DNA from: Phyllosticta citribraziliensis
Lineage: Eukaryota
Assembly: GCF_038025025.1 (NCBI RefSeq)
Contig: NW_027117343.1
Span: 1 to 64,000 of the forward strand
Length of the DNA: 64,000 nt
Direction: 5' to 3'
The notes under the pieces are model-generated. The model had not been told where the DNA came from, ran no database searches, and saw only the letters and a program-made list of their open reading frames with translations. The translations under genes and the position numbers were made by a program. This document shows, piece after piece, positions 58,370-64,000 of this stretch (position 1 is the stretch's first letter; each line of letters starts with the position of its first letter).

Positions 58370-59447
58370 CACCACTCCATATTCTCTAAGTCTTCTACTG
58401 GCAGGCCGATATTCGGGCAGCAAGGCGCGTGGGGGTCGGTCATCAGCTCGAGCAGCTCCGCAGCGTAGCTGGGGTCGTCGAACTCGGGAGCCTCCTCCAC
58501 CTGCTCCTCCACTTCATCCTCCTGCTGACTCGCTTCTTCTTCGCCAGCAGAAGCCTCAGCCTCGGCCTCCACCTCTTGAGCAGCTTCCTCCCCCTCATAT
58601 ACCTCATCCTCCTGGTCCTCCTCCTCCTGGTCCTCCTCGTCTCCATCCCCGCTGGCGTCATGCTCCTCCTGCTCGTCTTCCACAGACGCCTCCGTTCTTC
58701 CTTGGCAGGTCCTCTGATGCCTAACCAAGCTGCTCGCATGAGTCATGGCTGATCCGCAGTGCTGACACCTGTGGACCCGATCACTTCCATGTTCGGCGCG
58801 GAAGTGTCGTTGGAGGCTTCTTTGTGTTTGAAGGTCCTCGCCACAGATTCTGCACGTGTGGCGCCAGTGCCGGGTGCTGGTGTCAGTCGAGTTTGAGGGA
58901 GGACGGACTGCTTCGGACGCGCTGCTGGAGCCGGACGGCGAGTGTGAGGGAGGATGGACTGCTTCGGGCGCGCTGCCGGAGTCGGACGTCGAGTTTGAGG
59001 GGAGGGCAGCTTCGGAGCCGCTGCTGGAGTCCTCTTCGCCCATGTCCTCGGATTCGTCGTGGTCCTCATCGGTATTTACGTCCTCCACTTCGACCTCGCT
59101 GCTTGGGTCGTCCTCGCTACTCCGGGCGTCCTCGCTGGCCTGGGCGTCCTTGCTGCTCTCCTCCCCCTGAGTTCCCGCTGCCGGCGGAGCGCGATTTGCC
59201 GGACAGTTCTGGCGCTGGTGTCTCCGGAGGGTGCTGAATCGGCCAAAATCCGCGCCACAGGCCGCACATCGGAACGGCTGGTTTCCCGCGTGGTTGGCTT
59301 CGAAGTGCGTGATGAGGTCTGCACGCCGCGTGAAGTCCAGCCCGCAGATGCGGCAGCGGTTGGGGTGCTGAATGTCCGTCGTGTTGGAGGCTGCAAAGGC
59401 GGATTAGTACGTGATCTGGGAAAAGGGGCATGCGGAGACTTACCCAT
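58369..59447 (-). CDS. Zinc-finger paralog 2 (two C2H2+C2HC modules, acidic linkers)
   Basis: ATGG, intron 59391-59443, then MASNTTDIQHPNRCRICGLDF..HFEANH..FRCAAC..RHQRQNC, in frame with ORF 58369-59088 (CRIC..HFRAEH..CQHC..RHQRTC). Confidence 0.85.
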
Positions 59448-60782
59448 TGTGCAGCAGTTGGATGACTGTTGAGATGGGAGAAGGGGGTATATTGGAGAGA
59501 GTCGATACGAGGCCAACGAAGCCTTTATACAAGTCGCTGCAAGGTAATGATATCAGCAATCTGCCAGGACGCACGCTTGGGCGGAAAGGTGGGCGGGAAG
59601 GTAAACTTACAGAGTATGAACCAAAGCCTCTGAGGCAATTGAAAGTGTCCAGATGGTATACTTCGAGCTCAGGGGGCGCGGGCGGGCGAGCGGGCGGGCG
59701 AGCGAGCGAGCGAGCTATACTCGGACGTGGTGGGCAATGGTTTTGAGGCGAGGATGAAGGCGAGTGTCGATGGTGTGAGTGCAGTGTGCTGGAAGCCGTA
59801 GCAAAGCAGTACCTGAGGATTAATGATGGAAACAAAGAGACAATGAGGAAGAAATCTTCAAAGTTTTGTTGTGTGCGGAGGTTCCTGTGTGTCGGAGGTG
59901 TGAAGTGTCGAGGCAGGTAGGCGTCGTTGCAGGCGCAAGCACCAGAAGCGAGAGCACCGGAACCGAGTTCAACCACCACCGTAAGCGAAGGTAGACGACT
60001 TCCCAAACTGGACGAATGTCTCTTCACTCACTCTGAGAATCTCAGAAATGAAAGAATCAACTCGCCATCTGTCTTTGCCTGCCATTCTTTCCCGTGAAGC
60101 TCGGGCATTGTCCTTCTTTACATACTGCTCCCTACACTTCGACCACAGTCGTCAACCTCCCTCGTCAACGACCATGGCTTGAAGTCTTCTTCTGCCAGAG
60201 TTGCCCTCCACATGCGTCTTCAAGACCTGACTTTGTAACATCGTTCCTCGTCTTCGCCGCGTAAAGAGTGGACAAAAGGCTGTGGAACGACCACGTCTTG
60301 TCGCATTCGAAGGCTCGTCTTTTAGAATGCCGAAGCGTTTTGGCCGTACATGGACTAATTTTTACGGAGCAAGCGTATGGTTTGAAGGTCCAAAGCTTCA
60401 TCGAATGTCAAAGACAGTCTTCCGCGCCACCGGAAGACTTCTGAAAGAAATACAAGCGTGGAGCGCAAGTTGTTAGAAACGGCTAGGAGCAACGACAATA
60501 ATTTGGCTATCTACTGGGCAATGTGAAGAGGTCCAGGAATCATTCGAAGTGCCTGTCACTACCTGCTGCGCGGAAGTTTCAGGGAAAGCAAACTTCAAGC
60601 AAATGGAATCTTCCACTGCATTCCACCTCCGAGGCTCAAGACCGAAACAAAAGGAAGTCTTTGATGAGTGTACAACTAGGGGTCTTCATAGCCCTGTGTC
60701 TTTGGTCAGCTTGGCCAAATTGATTTGCAGTGATGCAAAGTAGAAGGAGAAGAAGATCAAACTGACCTGACCGGAATCCGCC

Positions 60783-61439
60783 CTACTCGTTGTCAGAACT
60801 CGACTCCGACTCGTCGTCGTCACTGTTGGCTTGCTCGTAGTCGGCAGAAGCGTTCTGCTCCACCTGCTGCGAGTCAAAGCCTACGAGAGACTCATCGTCA
60901 GCTTCGGACTCCTCTTCGTCCGAGTCCTCCTGCTGGCCCTCCTCCTCCCAGTCCATCTCATCGACATCTTCGTCCTCCGAGCTGGACTCCTCGGCTTCCT
61001 CAGCCTTCAACTCCTCCTGCGCCCGGACCAGCCTGGTCGCCAGCCTGTTCATCTGGGTCATAATTTTGCTGACCTCCGCCCGAAGCTTCCTCTTCCGCGC
61101 TTTCTTCTCGGCGCGCGCCTGCTCCGCCATCATCGCCTCCTCCTCCTCCTCGAGCCTCCTGATCTCCGCCTCCTCCACCAGCCTCTGTGCCTCGTCCTCC
61201 GCACGCCAGCGGGCCTCCTCCGCAGTGGTCGTCGCCCCTCTGGTTCGACAGCCCTCCCGCAAGTGGCGAAGCAGCTCCCTGTGGTGCATCGTGGAGCACC
61301 CCTCGCACTCAGGGCAGACGTAGGCTTTGTCGTGCGGGTGGGAAGCCTCGAAGTGTGCCTTGAGATCTTTGTGTTTGGTGCATTGGAGGCTGCACAGGCG
61401 GCAGAGCATCGGGTTCTCGAGGTCCGTGACGTTGGACAT
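60783..61439 (-). CDS. Zinc-finger paralog 3 (one module, coiled coil, acidic tail)
   Basis: MSNVTDLENPMLCRLC..HFEASH..YVCPEC..RHLREGC; EAE/EEE-rich helix. Confidence 0.85.
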   Translation of the reverse strand: MSNVTDLENPMLCRLCSLQCTKHKDLKAHFEASHPHDKAYVCPECEGCSTMHHRELLRHLREGCRTRGATTTAEEARWRAEDEAQRLVEEAEIRRLEEEEEAMMAEQARAEKKARKRKLRAEVSKIMTQMNRLATRLVRAQEELKAEEAEESSSEDEDVDEMDWEEEGQQEDSDEEESEADDESLVGFDSQQVEQNASADYEQANSDDDESESSSDNE

Positions 61440-62518
61440 GGTGCGTTGGAAGTGGGTTGAGGTGAGGTTGGAGGAAAGTCTGGTTCTCGTCAGTATCAGC
61501 CTTTTGCGGAGAGGAACTTCAAGTCTTACGAGTTCGAAGCTGCTCCGGTGAGAGCAGAAGCTGGATAGCCGGTATATACTGGGATCTCCGTCGTTTGACG
61601 AGGATATACGTTCCAGAGATGGAGCTATACGTGAGGAGGGAAAGCCGTCGCGTGTGGGAACCGTTGGATTGGCTGGTTCTGCAAGATGAATTAGAGAGCG
61701 AGGGGGCAAAAGAGATGCAAAAAGCTCAAGTACCTTCGTTTGAAAGAGTTTTGAAGGGCTGATTGCAAGATAGCGGTGCGACGCGGCGATGTGGGCGGGA
61801 GCTCTCAGCGTGGGAGGATGGTGTTTTGGCAGTGTGCAACGGCAGCTGCGACAACTTGAGAGAAGCTTTTGAGAGAGAATGCTTTCGGTAAGGAAAAAGA
61901 CGAAGTTTTGAACGAAGTTGTCTGTGAGGTCGCCGAAAAGTGTGGTGTGTTGAGGTGTTGAAGTGTCGAGGTGGGCGGCGTTGAGTCGTTGGAGGGTCGA
62001 CGAGCGCCGGCGGCAACACTTGAAATTTGCCAGGTCAATTTTAACACCACGAGTGTCAAAATTGCTGCAAGTCAGCGGCACCAGACAGCCTTTGGATTTC
62101 CTGGTCGAGACAGGCAGGACGAAATTGGACGCGAGCTTGGAGTTGAACTGTCTGGTACCCGTCCGCAGGCGCTCATCTGCACCTTCGACTTCCTTCGCTT
62201 TGAGGCGGCGGTCTGTCGCCAGTCTTGATCTATTCAGGTTTGATTTGGGTCTTTCTTGCAAAGAGGCATGTAAAAAAGAAGAACAAGAAAGAGATTGAAG
62301 CAAAGGACAAATTCGAGCACATCCATGTTGCTCTCGAGCCCAGGGGCTAACCAATTCCCTACATGGCTGGATATCCAAGCAATGCTGGAAGTCAGCGTCC
62401 CCCAAACCACTAGATCTGCTATCTAGTCGCTTTGGATACCCTCTTTCGTACCATCTTTCCCCTGCCCTTGATTTCCAGCCCGTCAAGGTACCTCTCCTGC
62501 TCACCAACCATGAGGATA

Positions 62519-63651
62519 CTACTCCCCATCACCGTCACTGTCATCTTCTTGATACTCCCCGCCGTACTGCTCCAGCATGTCCTGGTCTTCCTCCATTTCC
62601 TGATCCTCCTCGACACCGCCCTGCAGCTGCTCTTCAATCTCGACCAGTCTGGTAGCCTGCTCATGGAGCTGGATCCTCAGCTGTCGAGCCTCTGCCTCCA
62701 GTGCCTGCTTCCTTCCACCACCGCTGATGCCTCCCTGCTCAGCCGTAGCCACCTCATGAGCTGTCGATTTCATCGCGGCAGTGGGCTGGGCTTCGTGTTG
62801 CTGAGGGCTGAACGCCTTTTCGATCGCTGATTCGACCACGCCACCCAGATCTTCCTTCAACGAATGGACCAGCTGCTGCTTGACCTCCTGCAACATGAGG
62901 TCGGTGAGGAGGAATTCTCTCTGGAGCTCTTCTGACGGCGGAGGTGTTGGTGACAACGGCGGCTGGCTCGGAAGAGCACGAACATTCGTCGGCTGCGCGA
63001 GTGGCGTCAGTGAGCGTGGTCCAGCCTGGTTTTGCGTCGTCGATGCGCTTCCCACTTGCTCCGTATGCGCAGCTTCACCATCACCAGTGCGGCCATCCTC
63101 CAAGCCTCCATCCTCTTGCGACTGAGTGTTATCTCCACCGCAGTTGTATTGAACGTGCTCCAAGAATTTCTTGACTGTGCTCCTGCCGTGTCCACATCCA
63201 CCGCATTTGAACAGCCAAAGTTCGGGTCTATGCTGGTCGAAGAAATGGTATCCGAGGTCCTTCTCATGAGCCGCCAAGTAGCCGCACATCCTGCAAGTGG
63301 TGCGCCAGAATGCCGACTGCATGTTGGTGACTGCATCGGACGGATTGTTGTTGGACTCCGCGGCGAGCTTGAGCTGCGCGATCTCCTGCGCAGCGTTGGG
63401 CCTGCTGCAAGGTCCTTTCATGTGCCTCTTGAGATGGTCGAAATTGTTCGTCATCGCCGAGTAGCATACAGGACAGCGGTAGGGTTTGGTGTCGGGGTGT
63501 TCTTCCTTGCAATGGACGACCAGCTTCGTGTGGTAGAAATACTCGACGCCGCAAATGCGGCAGCAGGTCGGGTTGGCCAGGTCGGTTGAGGCTTCAGCTT
63601 CTCTCTGTCAGTGGATTGCGCTGGGCATTGAGCGGATGGGGTCTTACCCAT
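62519..63651 (-). CDS. Zinc-finger paralog 4 (two modules, coiled coil, acidic tail)
   Basis: ATGG, intron ~63598-63647, then MAEASTDLANPTCCRICGVEY..HCKEEH..YRCPVC..RHMKGPC, then CRMC..HFFDQH..FKCGGC..EHVQYNC. Confidence 0.85.
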
Positions 63652-64000
63652 GACGAAACGGGAAGCTTGACGTGTGGATAGCTGGTGTTGTGCGAGAGTG
63701 AAGGAGTGAGAGGTTGTGCCTTGAACGTGGCCGCGTTTGGTCGCGTGGAGGATGACCTGAAGCGCAAGTGAGTGGAGAGTAGTTTGAGGCGTTGGGGAGC
63801 TGACTGAAGTGGGTTCGGAGAGGGAGAGAAAAGTGCCTTGAGGTTGAGCTAATGCAGATAGCTCGCAGTGCTGGCGAAGCAATCTGGAGCGCGACAAAGT
63901 GGCGAGGAGGTTGAAGCGTCCGAAGCTCAATCGATGTAGGCGCAGAGGAAGGGAAGAGGCAGAGGGGCGACGAGGTCAAAGCGAGGTCACAGAGACGGCG

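Noticed and set aside
1..64000. tRNA, rRNA, snRNA genes or CRISPR arrays
   Set aside because: No convincing cloverleaf, rRNA or repeat-spacer signature seen; the sequence is eukaryotic

Overview
Left end of a filamentous ascomycete chromosome; the gene and intron style suggests a Dothideomycete, but this is tentative. It begins with a (CCCTAA)n telomere, then about 4.9 kb of RIP-degraded AT-rich repeat DNA that includes a ~0.97 kb tandem duplication with PPT/LTR-like marks. Core genes start only 5.4 kb from the telomere: DOA1, a BTB protein, CCDC97-like, spermidine-synthase-like, CBR1, DUF3605/GIG1-like, an SDR, an inositol 5-phosphatase, MDL1, CDC37 and a TBC Rab-GAP. Two accessory islands are present. 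Island 1 (~17-27 kb) is a head-to-head cassette. An atypical FHA-Ser/Thr kinase faces a partner gene, which the ORF track shows as three ORFs but which splices into one ~1148-aa protein with three tandem copies of an uncharacterised 'G(C/Y)PPCCP...QNWIE(F/Y)QD' domain. The cassette was tandemly duplicated, and the older copy is now an FHA-only ORF plus a 10-codon partner stub. Island 2 (~53-64 kb) holds a divergent pair of paralogous Cys-rich secreted proteins resembling LARS/AvrLm4-7 effectors. It also holds an array of four paralogous C2H2+C2HC zinc-finger genes, one of whose stop codons overlaps (TGATG) the start of a small Cys-rich ORF. All family assignments come from motif recognition by eye; no searches were run.
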